Origin: an uncultured Bacteroidales bacterium
Lineage (GTDB): Bacteria > Bacteroidota > Bacteroidia > Bacteroidales > FEN-979
NCBI GenBank assembly: GCA_903925275.1
Contig: CAIYES010000104.1
Span: forward strand, 450 to 64,449
Length of the DNA: 64,000 bases
Direction of reading: 5' to 3'
Of this stretch, positions 36,861 through 46,066 are shown one piece after another. The stretch's first letter is position 1; each line of letters starts with the position of its first letter. The notes below the pieces were generated by a model that did not search any database, had not been told where the DNA came from, and saw nothing but the letters and a program-made list of their open reading frames with translations. The position numbers and the translations under genes were made by a program.

Positions 36861-39800
36861 CAGGCTTCGGCTAACCCGATCAGCATGTCATAATCAACTG
36901 GTTTGGCAAGATAATCATTCGCTCCGGCAGCAATACATTTCTCCCGGTCTTCTTTAAGTGCCTTTGCGGTCAATGCAATCATCGGAATGGATTTTATTCT
37001 TTGATCCGACCTGATTAACTTCATGGCAGTATAACCATCCATGACCGGCATCATAATATCCATTAAAACAAGATCGACAGGTTTGGTCTGAAGAAGATTC
37101 ACTGCTTCAAACCCGTTTTGTGCGTCGATTACGGTCGCTCCATGTTCTTCAAGTGCCGTGCTCAGGACGAATACATTTTTTATATCATCATCCACCACCA
37201 GGATTGTTTTCCCGGCAAGTCGTTTCAACTGCAAATGGGAATCTTTTACCTTCGTGCTCTGATCAGTATTCTCCATCTGGGTTTGATGCAGGAAGAGCAT
37301 CAGTTCGTCGAGCAACCGGTTTTCAGAATGAACGGTTTTTATAATAATACGATCCGCAACTTTCTTCAGGTTTTTTTCTTCCTCCTGACTGAGTTGTTTC
37401 CCGGTGTAAACGATCACAGGTACTTTTAACTGCGTTTCGCGGACAAATTTACAGATGTTCAATCCGCTGCCTGATTTCAGCCCCAGGTCAATGATTACGG
37501 CATCATAGATACCCTTGGTCAGCTCTTCAATCGCCTCTTCCTCCGTTCCCACGCCTTTAACACGAACATCCTGGCTTGCAATGAGTTCGGTAAGGGCTTC
37601 GCGGTGGGTATCGTCATCTTCAACAATCAGCAGGTCCTTAGGATGTTTTTGGCTGAAATTCAGGATCCCCTGAATAGCGTTTTGTATCTGATCCTGGTCT
37701 ACTGGTTTTTGCAGAAAATCCAATGCTCCCATCCGCAGAAGTTCGGGATTTTTTTCATGACCCGAGATAATCTGGACCGGGATGTGACGTAATTCCTTGA
37801 GACTTTTAAGCCTGCGCATAAAATCCACCCCGTTCATGTCGGGCAATTTGAGATCCAGCACAATCCCACTGATTTTGAATTGTTGTGCCATACGCAATCC
37901 CTCTTCGGCAGTGGCGGCATGCAACACCTTCATGTTCATGTTGTGAATGACCATGGCCACGAAGTCGGCAAAGAGGTAATCGTCTTCCACGATCAGAATG
38001 ATTTTATCACTGGCTGTTATTGTTTTCCGGTCGTCAACGAAGGCCTGGTTGACGGGAAAGGACGACACGCTGGCAGGTGTCAGGCTTTCGTTATCCCGGT
38101 TTCTGGGTTTGGTATATTCGGCATCATCACCCTCCAGCGGAATCAGCACTTTGGGCAATAACAGCGAAAATTCGCTGCCCTTGCCTTCCTCACTTTTCAG
38201 GCTGATTTCACCCTGCAGCAGGGTCGTGAGTTTTTGCGAAATGGTAAGTCCCAATCCGGTACCGCCAAATTCACGTGAAATGGAACTATCTACCTGCTGA
38301 AAAGCATCAAAGATCAATTTATGCTTATCCCGGGCGATGCCAATTCCGGTATCCCTGACACTGATTTTCACGGGTTTTTCAAGAATTCCACTCTCTTCAA
38401 CACTGATGGTAATGGTGCCGGTTTTGGTGAACTTCATGGCATTTGAAATAAAATTGCGCAGGATTTGCGAAACCTTGTCTTTATCTGTGGTCAGGGTGGT
38501 TTTCAGTGTATCATCTACGACAAGCGACAGTCCTTTGTTTTTTGCGGCGGAAGAAAAGAAATGGCTCAGGTCATTTGCCAATGTTTCGGTTGAAAATTCG
38601 CTGATGGATAACGTTGTTTTACCGGCGTCGATCTTTGAAATATCCAGAATGTCGTTGATAAGCCTGAGCAGTTCTTCACCGGCAGAATGGACCACTTGTG
38701 CACGTTTAATGTCGTCGGCTCTGAAATTGCCCCGTTCATTTTTCTGCATCATTTTGGAGAGCAGGATAATGGAGTTGAGCGGTGTCCGCAATTCATGCGA
38801 CATGGTGGCCAGAAAATCACTCTTGTATTTGTTTGACATTTCCAGGTCGCCTGCCTTGATATCCAGATCTTCTTTTGCCTGCCTGAGCTGGTCGTTGCCC
38901 TGGCGGAGTTCTTCGGTTTGCTGCATCAACTGCTGCTGTTGTTCTTCGAGTTGAGCATTGGTTTGCTGCAACTCTTCCGACTGCTGCTGGAGTTGTTGCT
39001 GCTGTTCCTCCAACTGCGAATTGGTTTGCTGCAACTCCTCCGATTGCTGCTGAATTTGTTGTTGCTGTTCCTCTAATCGGGCATTGGCTTCCTGCACCTG
39101 CATGGTCTTCTCTTCTGCGTCCCGCTGAGCAATTTGTGATTTGCCAAGCAACTCCTCAATTTTTTGCCTTTGAATGGCCAGATAGATGCCCGATGCAATG
39201 ATCTGGTTCGATTCGTCCAGAAATGCAGTTTGAACAGAGGTAAATGGCATCAGAGAGGCAAGTTCGATAACCCCCAGCAGTTCATCTTCATAAACCAGGG
39301 GATAGGTATAGGTGTTGGATGGTGCCGACTGGCTCGTTCCTGTGCTGATGGGCGCTTCGTTTTTTGGCACATTTCGTAAAAAGATGGCTTTCTTTTCCAG
39401 TGCAACCTGGCCAACCACCCCTGAACCAAATTCATATTCGTTTGAGAGATGATCGCGTTCGGTAAAAGCGAATGAACTGACAAGATGCAACTTCTTGTTC
39501 TCTTCATCAGTCATATAAATCACTGCGCGTCCGGCTTCGACATACCGGCTGATAAAGCTGATAGAGGCTGATGTGATCCGGTCAAGTCCCATTTCCCCGG
39601 AAAGTTCCAGGCTGAGTTTATTTAATCCGTCCTTAAGCCAGTTTTGATCCTTGTTGTGTTTTTCATTTTTCTCAAGGTTAAGGCTCATGCTGTTGATCGA
39701 TTTGGAAACCAGATCGTTTTCACCCCGTACTTCAAGACGCTTGTCAAAATTTCCCCGTGAAATTTCTTCGGTCACGGTTCCTAAAGCACTCAGCGTGCGG

Positions 39801-40690
39801 GTCATTTTGGCCAGAGAATTACCCAGCTGATCGGTTTCCGACTGGGGAATGATTTCGACCGAAAAATCACCACTGGCAATGTTTTCGGCTTTATTGGCCA
39901 CAAGAAGTAACGTTTGCTGAAGAAGTTTTATGGAATTGAATATCCCTTTTGTTTCCTGAGGAAATTTCGCACTAAGGTCTCCTTCAGTGATTTTTCCGGT
40001 CATCTCTTTGATTACACCTGGTTCGCCGCCAACAATGCTGTAAACAAACCATAAAATAGAGAAAAGAACAACCAGGCCAAATAAAAAGAGAATTACGATA
40101 AAAATGATAATCAGGGATTTTTGAAAGGAGATCGATTCGTTTGCCTGATTCCCGGCAATGCTGACATCCGAATTTTTATGTTCTTCCAATTGAAAAAGCA
40201 GGTCTACAAGTTTTTTTGAAGCATCCTGCGTTAATTGGCTTTCCTCTTCCTCTTTCTGGCTTAAAACAGTATTTCCTTTCTGCGCTTTTTCGTATGACCA
40301 CAGGTATTCTTTATTTATCAGGCTTTTGTATTCAGAAAAACTTTGTTTTACTTTTTCAAGAATCGCTTTTCCTTCGGGATCTTCCATCCGTAAAAGTTCA
40401 GCTAATTTCAAATCGGCGTCGTTGTAAGCCAGGATATAGGTTTCCTTAATGTCGCGTTTCCTTTCGGGCGATGAAGTGAGCATCATTTCCCGCTCAAAAC
40501 CGGCTATGATTTTTTGATCCCGGAGAATATCCCCAACCATGATCGATTTGGTAAACTCATGATCAATGATCCCGTTTGCCCGTTTATTGATGGTTTCAAG
40601 AGATCTTAAACCAAGGTAAAGCGAAACGACTAACATGATCAAAAAGAAGGTAAAAAGAGAGAAAAGCAGCAGTTTAATTGTAAGTTTCAT
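36842..40690 (-). CDS. Hybrid sensor histidine kinase
   Basis: Order is TM, helical sensor, TM, 3 HAMP-like segments, GAF, E/Q-rich repeats, HisKA, HATPase, 3 REC domains. Two TM helices flank a ~170-aa helical region. HAMP-like EGDLSAKF, SGDFSVEI, RGNFDKRL. H-box SHELRTPLNSI and G-box GGTGLGLTIS. Three receiver domains (LDLKLPDMNG, IIDLGLKSGSG, LMDIMMPVMDG). Confidence 0.9.
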   Translation of the reverse strand: MKLTIKLLLFSLFTFFLIMLVVSLYLGLRSLETINKRANGIIDHEFTKSIMVGDILRDQKIIAGFEREMMLTSSPERKRDIKETYILAYNDADLKLAELLRMEDPEGKAILEKVKQSFSEYKSLINKEYLWSYEKAQKGNTVLSQKEEEESQLTQDASKKLVDLLFQLEEHKNSDVSIAGNQANESISFQKSLIIIFIVILFLFGLVVLFSILWFVYSIVGGEPGVIKEMTGKITEGDLSAKFPQETKGIFNSIKLLQQTLLLVANKAENIASGDFSVEIIPQSETDQLGNSLAKMTRTLSALGTVTEEISRGNFDKRLEVRGENDLVSKSINSMSLNLEKNEKHNKDQNWLKDGLNKLSLELSGEMGLDRITSASISFISRYVEAGRAVIYMTDEENKKLHLVSSFAFTERDHLSNEYEFGSGVVGQVALEKKAIFLRNVPKNEAPISTGTSQSAPSNTYTYPLVYEDELLGVIELASLMPFTSVQTAFLDESNQIIASGIYLAIQRQKIEELLGKSQIAQRDAEEKTMQVQEANARLEEQQQQIQQQSEELQQTNSQLEEQQQQLQQQSEELQQTNAQLEEQQQQLMQQTEELRQGNDQLRQAKEDLDIKAGDLEMSNKYKSDFLATMSHELRTPLNSIILLSKMMQKNERGNFRADDIKRAQVVHSAGEELLRLINDILDISKIDAGKTTLSISEFSTETLANDLSHFFSSAAKNKGLSLVVDDTLKTTLTTDKDKVSQILRNFISNAMKFTKTGTITISVEESGILEKPVKISVRDTGIGIARDKHKLIFDAFQQVDSSISREFGGTGLGLTISQKLTTLLQGEISLKSEEGKGSEFSLLLPKVLIPLEGDDAEYTKPRNRDNESLTPASVSSFPVNQAFVDDRKTITASDKIILIVEDDYLFADFVAMVIHNMNMKVLHAATAEEGLRMAQQFKISGIVLDLKLPDMNGVDFMRRLKSLKELRHIPVQIISGHEKNPELLRMGALDFLQKPVDQDQIQNAIQGILNFSQKHPKDLLIVEDDDTHREALTELIASQDVRVKGVGTEEEAIEELTKGIYDAVIIDLGLKSGSGLNICKFVRETQLKVPVIVYTGKQLSQEEEKNLKKVADRIIIKTVHSENRLLDELMLFLHQTQMENTDQSTKVKDSHLQLKRLAGKTILVVDDDIKNVFVLSTALEEHGATVIDAQNGFEAVNLLQTKPVDLVLMDIMMPVMDGYTAMKLIRSDQRIKSIPMIALTAKALKEDREKCIAAGANDYLAKPVDYDMLIGLAEAWCQKKG
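38900..39080 (-). repeat. In-frame tandem 57-bp repeat inside the hybrid kinase
   Basis: About three copies encode LEEQQQQ[IL]QQQSEELQQTN[SA]Q. Protein reads ARLEEQQQQIQQQSEELQQTNSQLEEQQQQLQQQSEELQQTNAQLEEQQQQLMQQTEELRQGN. The DNA periodicity is visible on the + strand. Confidence 0.85.
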
Positions 40691-41135
40691 AGGTTGCCGG
40701 GATTAAATCATTCGTCAAATTTAGCAAATAATATTGATTTTTTACTGTAAGGCAAATTCGGATAAGTCACGACGCTGTAAATTCTTTTTCACGGAGAAGG
40801 CCCCAAGACATAAAACGTATGTACCCCAATGTGAAATGTTTGCATCATTGGGTCTAAACGGGTTAATATGTTTTTGACTTTTCGAAGCATGCCCAAAATC
40901 AAATGTAAATTTATTTTATGCCTGGTGGATAAGGAAAAGAAAACTTTACTATTTTTATACGAGTTATCCTTGATATAAAATCCTGTGATGATTCATTAGC
41001 CAAATAAAATGCTGAATAACGCAGTTGTATGAAACATTTATTCTTATAACATACTATTAGTCAGGTCATTAAAAAAACTTAGTTTTAATCTCTTGGTTCA
41101 TATTCTTATACAATATCAATATTAAAAAAGAAGTT

Positions 41136-44100
41136 ATGAAGACATTTATCCTGCAAATGATCATCACATGCCTGACCGTTTTGGCTTTAAACAATCAGCT
41201 TTTCGCGACCGACCAGATCGTTACAACCAACAGCGATGCCGGAGCAGGATCGCTTCGCCAGGCCATTGCCGATGTAAGTGATGACGGAACCATCACCTTC
41301 AATCTTTCTACCGGCCAAGAAACAATTGTCCTCTTGACCGAACTGCTGATTACCGGCAAAGGAGTATCCATCAATGGTGCAAATACAGCCGGAAGCGGCA
41401 CCCAGGTTACGGTACAGGTAACGACGCCCGGAACTTCCCCCTACCGGGTGTTTCATGTTAATGCACTTGATAAAACATGCAATATCAGCAATATGTATAT
41501 TAAAGGAGGATACTTTTCGGGCACCGGGGGGTACGGAGGTGGAATATATCAGAAACAAGGCATTCTGAACCTGTCGCGCATCACTGTTTCGGACTCAAAA
41601 GCAACGAATGGTGGTGGAATTTGTATGACTGCACAATCAACCTGTACCTTCGATTGGGTAACCATCACCAACTGTGTGGGCAGTATCGGTGGCGGGCTAT
41701 ATTGTGGATCGGTGAACAACCTTACCCTCAACAACTGTCTTTTTACTGGAAATACTATAATGGAAACGATAGCCTCAAAAGCCCCCACCGCAGGGGGTGG
41801 GTACGGAGGCGGAATTTTCAATTTAGGGACCATGACGGTCAATAATTGTGAAATCAGCGACAACCATGGCGGTGGTGATCATGATCTTAGTGGTCTTGGT
41901 TTAAGCAACGGTGGGAATATTCAGATCAACCATTCGGTGATTAAAAATAACATCTATTCAGGAACGTTGGGCATGATGGGTGGAGGTATCTACTGTGACG
42001 ATGGTACCTTCGTGATGATGAACTCCACCATCAGCGGCAACGTAATCAACACATCGGGGGCTTCTGCTATTGGAGCGGGCATTGCTTTTTTGGGTTCAGG
42101 TCTTACAGGGTCTATCACCAATTGCACCATTTCGGAAAATTCAGCAACGGGCCCTTCCTATGCCTTTGGGGGAGGCATTTGTAATTTGGGGGCTACGCTT
42201 ACCATCACCAACACGACCATTGCCAACAACACTGCTTCCGTTGAGGGGGCTGGCGTTTATGTTACGTATAATGGAACACTTGTATTCAAAAACAGTATTT
42301 TAGCACAAAACACTGATAACAGCATAAAATTCGATTTTGTAGGCTCTACGCTCATGGGGTCTTACACCCTTACCGACAACGGCAACAACATCGTGCAATA
42401 CCAGAATGTGTCTGCTGATGCAGGAAACAGCTTCAACGCGGCCACAGATCTTTTGTTTAACACCAGTTACAACGCACCGGGAACAGACTTTACCAGTTGG
42501 ACCAAGGGTGGCGATGCGAACGCCGGAAGCCTGAACCTGGCCTCCGCAGTGGCTGCCAATGGCGGTCCGACGGAAACACTTGCCATCACCCCTGGCAGCA
42601 TCGCGATCCATTCGGGCGTCTGGGATGCCGCCGTCACCCTTGATCAGCGGGGCACGAACCGGCACGAGGGTTCTCCGGCCATCGGTGCCTTTGAACTCCG
42701 CCCGGCGCCGGGCTACTTTTATACAACGGATCCTCCTCCATCTTGGGACGATGAAGGTAACTGGGAGGATGGTCATGTGCCTGGCGCCACGGATAATGTG
42801 TCAATATCGCCGAATGGTGCTTTTGCACCAAAGATTTACAGCAGTGCCGTTTGCAACGATCTGAACATTCCAGTCGGCATGAATGTTACTGTGTATCCCG
42901 GCTACAGCCTCACAGTGAACGGAACCTTAGTCAACAACAATGGGAATTCAGGGGTTGTTATTAGAAGCAATGTCCCCGGTGACGGTTCGCTTATCCATCA
43001 TACCGCCAATGTGCCGGGCACGGTATTCCGGTACATCCCCGGTGCCTCCCGGGCCTGGCATTTTCTCGCTTCCCCGGTGGCAAATCAGCCCATCAGCCCT
43101 GATTTTACAGCCGACCCGGCAGATTACGATTTTTTTACCTGGTACGAAACTGATGGCCTTTGGGTTAATTTTAAAAATACAACGATTGACCCAACCTGGG
43201 AAACTGTAAACGGGGACAATAATTTTGCACCAGGTACGGGGTATCTGGTTGAATATACCGGTACAGAGCTTACCAAAACATTCGCCGGCAACCTGAACAG
43301 CGGAGCGATAGGTTTCAGTCTTTCAAGAGCAGGAACAGGCGCTTATGCAAGATATAATCTGGCAGGAAATCCTTATCCGTCGGCCATTGACTGGAAAGCT
43401 TCCAGCGGCTGGCAAAGAATAAATCTGGAACCGGATGGTGGTGGTTATACCATGAGCATCTGGAACAGTGCGGATGGCAATTATGGAGCCTTCAACAGTA
43501 CAGGATCAAGCGGGACCCACGGTGTAACACAATATATTGCCATTGGCCAGGGTTTTATGGTAAAAGCAAAAGCTGTTAAAAATGGGGATTCTCCGGGAAA
43601 AGCGCCATTGAAATTTGGCATTGAGATGGATGACAGAATAAGAGTAAACAATTCCCAGCCCTACCTGAAAACGGCTGATGCTATTGACAATAGCCTTCGC
43701 CTGAAAGTTGCAGGTGATGCCAATACATATTCCGATGAAATCATTATTGAATTCGGGCATCCAACTGCTGATGGTGGCGCCGAAAAGATATTCAGTTTCT
43801 ATGAAACTGCGCCCAGCCTTTACACCGTAAAGCCTGAAGGGAACTATTCGATCGACTTCAGGGGCGAACCCGGCGCAGTTACCATTCCGGTGAGTTTTAA
43901 AGCAGGCGCCGATGGTAACTATACGATTACCGCAAGCCAGCTTGAATCGTTTACATCATCCATGGCCATTACGCTTGAAGATTTGAAGAGTTCCAAAACC
44001 CAAAACCTCAGGCAAAACCAGGTTTATGCTTTTCCCGCAACCGCAACTGATGCTGAAGCCCGTTTCCTGCTTCATTTTGGCGGAACTTACAGTATTGACG

Positions 44101-44345
44101 ACCAGGGAAACAGGCAGCCTTTCAACGTTTATGCTTCCGGCAGTTCGGTTTACATTGCCAACAATTCGGGTGTAATGTTAAAGGGCGAGGTGATCGTTTA
44201 CAACATGATCGGTCAACCCATGTTGCGGCAGCCGCTTGGCGACAATGCATTGACGAAAATCTGCCTTACCGGATGCACAGGGTATTACCTGGTAAAGGTG
44301 TTGACCGGTGAAAATGTTTACTCAGTGAAGGTTTTTATTAACTAA
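41136..44345 (+). CDS. Large secreted right-handed beta-helix protein with T9SS C-terminal sorting domain
   Basis: Signal peptide. Many GGGIY / NxxxxNxA-type beta-helix repeats (GGYGGGIY, GGGLYCG, GGGIFNLG, GGGIYCDD, GGGICNLG). C-terminal VIVYNMIGQPM...GYYLVKVLTGENVYSVKVFIN is a T9SS-CTD-like tail. Confidence 0.85.
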   Translation: MKTFILQMIITCLTVLALNNQLFATDQIVTTNSDAGAGSLRQAIADVSDDGTITFNLSTGQETIVLLTELLITGKGVSINGANTAGSGTQVTVQVTTPGTSPYRVFHVNALDKTCNISNMYIKGGYFSGTGGYGGGIYQKQGILNLSRITVSDSKATNGGGICMTAQSTCTFDWVTITNCVGSIGGGLYCGSVNNLTLNNCLFTGNTIMETIASKAPTAGGGYGGGIFNLGTMTVNNCEISDNHGGGDHDLSGLGLSNGGNIQINHSVIKNNIYSGTLGMMGGGIYCDDGTFVMMNSTISGNVINTSGASAIGAGIAFLGSGLTGSITNCTISENSATGPSYAFGGGICNLGATLTITNTTIANNTASVEGAGVYVTYNGTLVFKNSILAQNTDNSIKFDFVGSTLMGSYTLTDNGNNIVQYQNVSADAGNSFNAATDLLFNTSYNAPGTDFTSWTKGGDANAGSLNLASAVAANGGPTETLAITPGSIAIHSGVWDAAVTLDQRGTNRHEGSPAIGAFELRPAPGYFYTTDPPPSWDDEGNWEDGHVPGATDNVSISPNGAFAPKIYSSAVCNDLNIPVGMNVTVYPGYSLTVNGTLVNNNGNSGVVIRSNVPGDGSLIHHTANVPGTVFRYIPGASRAWHFLASPVANQPISPDFTADPADYDFFTWYETDGLWVNFKNTTIDPTWETVNGDNNFAPGTGYLVEYTGTELTKTFAGNLNSGAIGFSLSRAGTGAYARYNLAGNPYPSAIDWKASSGWQRINLEPDGGGYTMSIWNSADGNYGAFNSTGSSGTHGVTQYIAIGQGFMVKAKAVKNGDSPGKAPLKFGIEMDDRIRVNNSQPYLKTADAIDNSLRLKVAGDANTYSDEIIIEFGHPTADGGAEKIFSFYETAPSLYTVKPEGNYSIDFRGEPGAVTIPVSFKAGADGNYTITASQLESFTSSMAITLEDLKSSKTQNLRQNQVYAFPATATDAEARFLLHFGGTYSIDDQGNRQPFNVYASGSSVYIANNSGVMLKGEVIVYNMIGQPMLRQPLGDNALTKICLTGCTGYYLVKVLTGENVYSVKVFIN

Positions 44346-44365
44346 TTATCGAAACAACAGGAAGG
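43732..44365 (+). repeat. Direct repeat copy 1 (colinear with 47613-48246)
   Basis: Same length, no indels, roughly 90% identity by eye. The match extends ~20 nt past the stop codons (TAATTATC[GA]AAACAACA). Confidence 0.9.
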
Positions 44366-44442
44366 TACTCGCAACCAAAGATGCGGTTACTATCGATTAC
44401 TTTATTCAAACAGATTAGTTTGGAAAAACCAATTAGGAAAGA

Positions 44443-44450
44443 TATCTTTG
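44443..44450 (+). promoter_or_regulatory. Candidate -7 promoter box TATCTTTG
   Basis: Exact TAnnTTTG match 60 nt upstream of ATG 44510. Confidence 0.35.
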
Positions 44451-44509
44451 TGGTATAAAGATGGGGAGTAGTATAGAATATCTATAATATCAATGGCAAC
44501 TGTTTTGGG

Positions 44510-46042
44510 ATGAAATTTATAGAAAGAAACTTTTTTAAATTCAGAATGGTATTGGCGGTATTGTCCGGTATTTTAATTTCCTGGTCATTTGTTAATGTTA
44601 ATTGGGTTTTAATTTGGATTAGCTTTATTCCCCTGATTTTTGCATTAGGTGACATCAATGCACCAAAGGCAACGCTAATTGGATTCATTTTCGGGATTAC
44701 TACATTCTGCATTTCTTATTCCTTTATCCCACTGACAATTTTTAACTATTCAGGGAAAATAAGTATGGCAGGAATGTTAATAATAGTTTTCGGTGCTTTA
44801 TTCTTCTCTCTGTTTTACGCCATTGCTTGTGGGGTATATCGCTTTATTATTTCCCGTAAAAATTACACAGCTACATGGTGTAAAAACGCATTATTATTTA
44901 CTTCGTTAATTTTATTGGTGGAAGCAGCAAGAATGTTTTGGTTTCCAGGATTTTCATTACTTGCTTTTCAATCGGGTTATGCCCTGGCTTCCAATTTATT
45001 TGCCATTCAGCCGGTTGCAGTTTTTGGATATAGCATTATGTCTTTTGCAATTATTATTGGCAACTTACTTTTAGCCAAAACAATCCGTGAAAAAAGCCTA
45101 AGACATTTACTCTATTTTTTTATTTTTATTGGCATCTATTTCCTTTCAGGTTATCTCATTTTTGAAATTTTTCAAAACAACAATAACAGGAAAAACACCA
45201 GTGAGGTAGTACTGGCAACCCATAATTTCGGATCCGCATTAATATGGGATGAAAAAAACGGGGACTCCCTTGCTTCTATCCTTATTAATCTGAATAAACA
45301 AGCTGTAGCGCTTAACCCAAAAATCATTCTTTGGACAGAAACCACCATTCCGTGGACAATTGATGAAAATGACGATTTACTCTTAAAGATGGGTTCGGAA
45401 CTTGTTGGAAAAAATTCCGAAATGATAATCGGAACGTATTATGCCATGCCTGATAAAAGAATTTACAATACCGCTTTAATAGTCAGCCCCGATGGAAACA
45501 GTCAAACTTATTTTAAGCAAAACCTACTATCTATAATTGAAAAACCAATTGGAGGCAAGGCTGTTAACCTAATGCTCCCTTTTATGGCAAATAGTTCCGA
45601 AATGTCGGAAGGTGAAAACCAACAACCTTTAACTACTTCTATTGGTAAAGCCGGAATGATGATATGTAACGAAGCAGGTTTGCCATGCTATGATCTGACG
45701 AAGCAAGGAAGTCAGTTTTTAATTAACATGGGAAACGACAGTTGGTTTCCAAATACATGGGTTACCAGGGGGCATTATTATATTTGCAGGATCAGGGCTG
45801 TTGAAAACAGAAAAGATTTAATCGTAAATTTAAACGGTGGGTATTCGGGATTGATTGAAGCAAGCGGTTTGCCACAAAACATGGGTTACAATAACAAAAT
45901 GGGGCTTAAACAAGTAAAAGTCAGCCCAAATCGAAAAAACAACCAATTCATAGTGCTTTCTAAAACACCTCTTTTGTTTTCTCTGTTTTGGGTGCTTGGG
46001 AGTTTCGTTACCATAATTTTTAAAGAACTAATTGATCTTTAG
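44510..46042 (+). CDS. Apolipoprotein N-acyltransferase (Lnt)-like protein
   Basis: Polytopic N-terminal domain plus a C-terminal CN-hydrolase domain. About seven or eight N-terminal hydrophobic helices. Candidate Glu-Lys-Cys triad: ILWTETTIPW, YFKQNLLSIIEKP, MMICNEAG. The gene is strongly AT-rich (about 30% G+C in the lines I counted). Confidence 0.7.
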   Translation: MKFIERNFFKFRMVLAVLSGILISWSFVNVNWVLIWISFIPLIFALGDINAPKATLIGFIFGITTFCISYSFIPLTIFNYSGKISMAGMLIIVFGALFFSLFYAIACGVYRFIISRKNYTATWCKNALLFTSLILLVEAARMFWFPGFSLLAFQSGYALASNLFAIQPVAVFGYSIMSFAIIIGNLLLAKTIREKSLRHLLYFFIFIGIYFLSGYLIFEIFQNNNNRKNTSEVVLATHNFGSALIWDEKNGDSLASILINLNKQAVALNPKIILWTETTIPWTIDENDDLLLKMGSELVGKNSEMIIGTYYAMPDKRIYNTALIVSPDGNSQTYFKQNLLSIIEKPIGGKAVNLMLPFMANSSEMSEGENQQPLTTSIGKAGMMICNEAGLPCYDLTKQGSQFLINMGNDSWFPNTWVTRGHYYICRIRAVENRKDLIVNLNGGYSGLIEASGLPQNMGYNNKMGLKQVKVSPNRKNNQFIVLSKTPLLFSLFWVLGSFVTIIFKELIDL

Positions 46043-46066
46043 TTGAAAACAAATAAATGATCAGCC

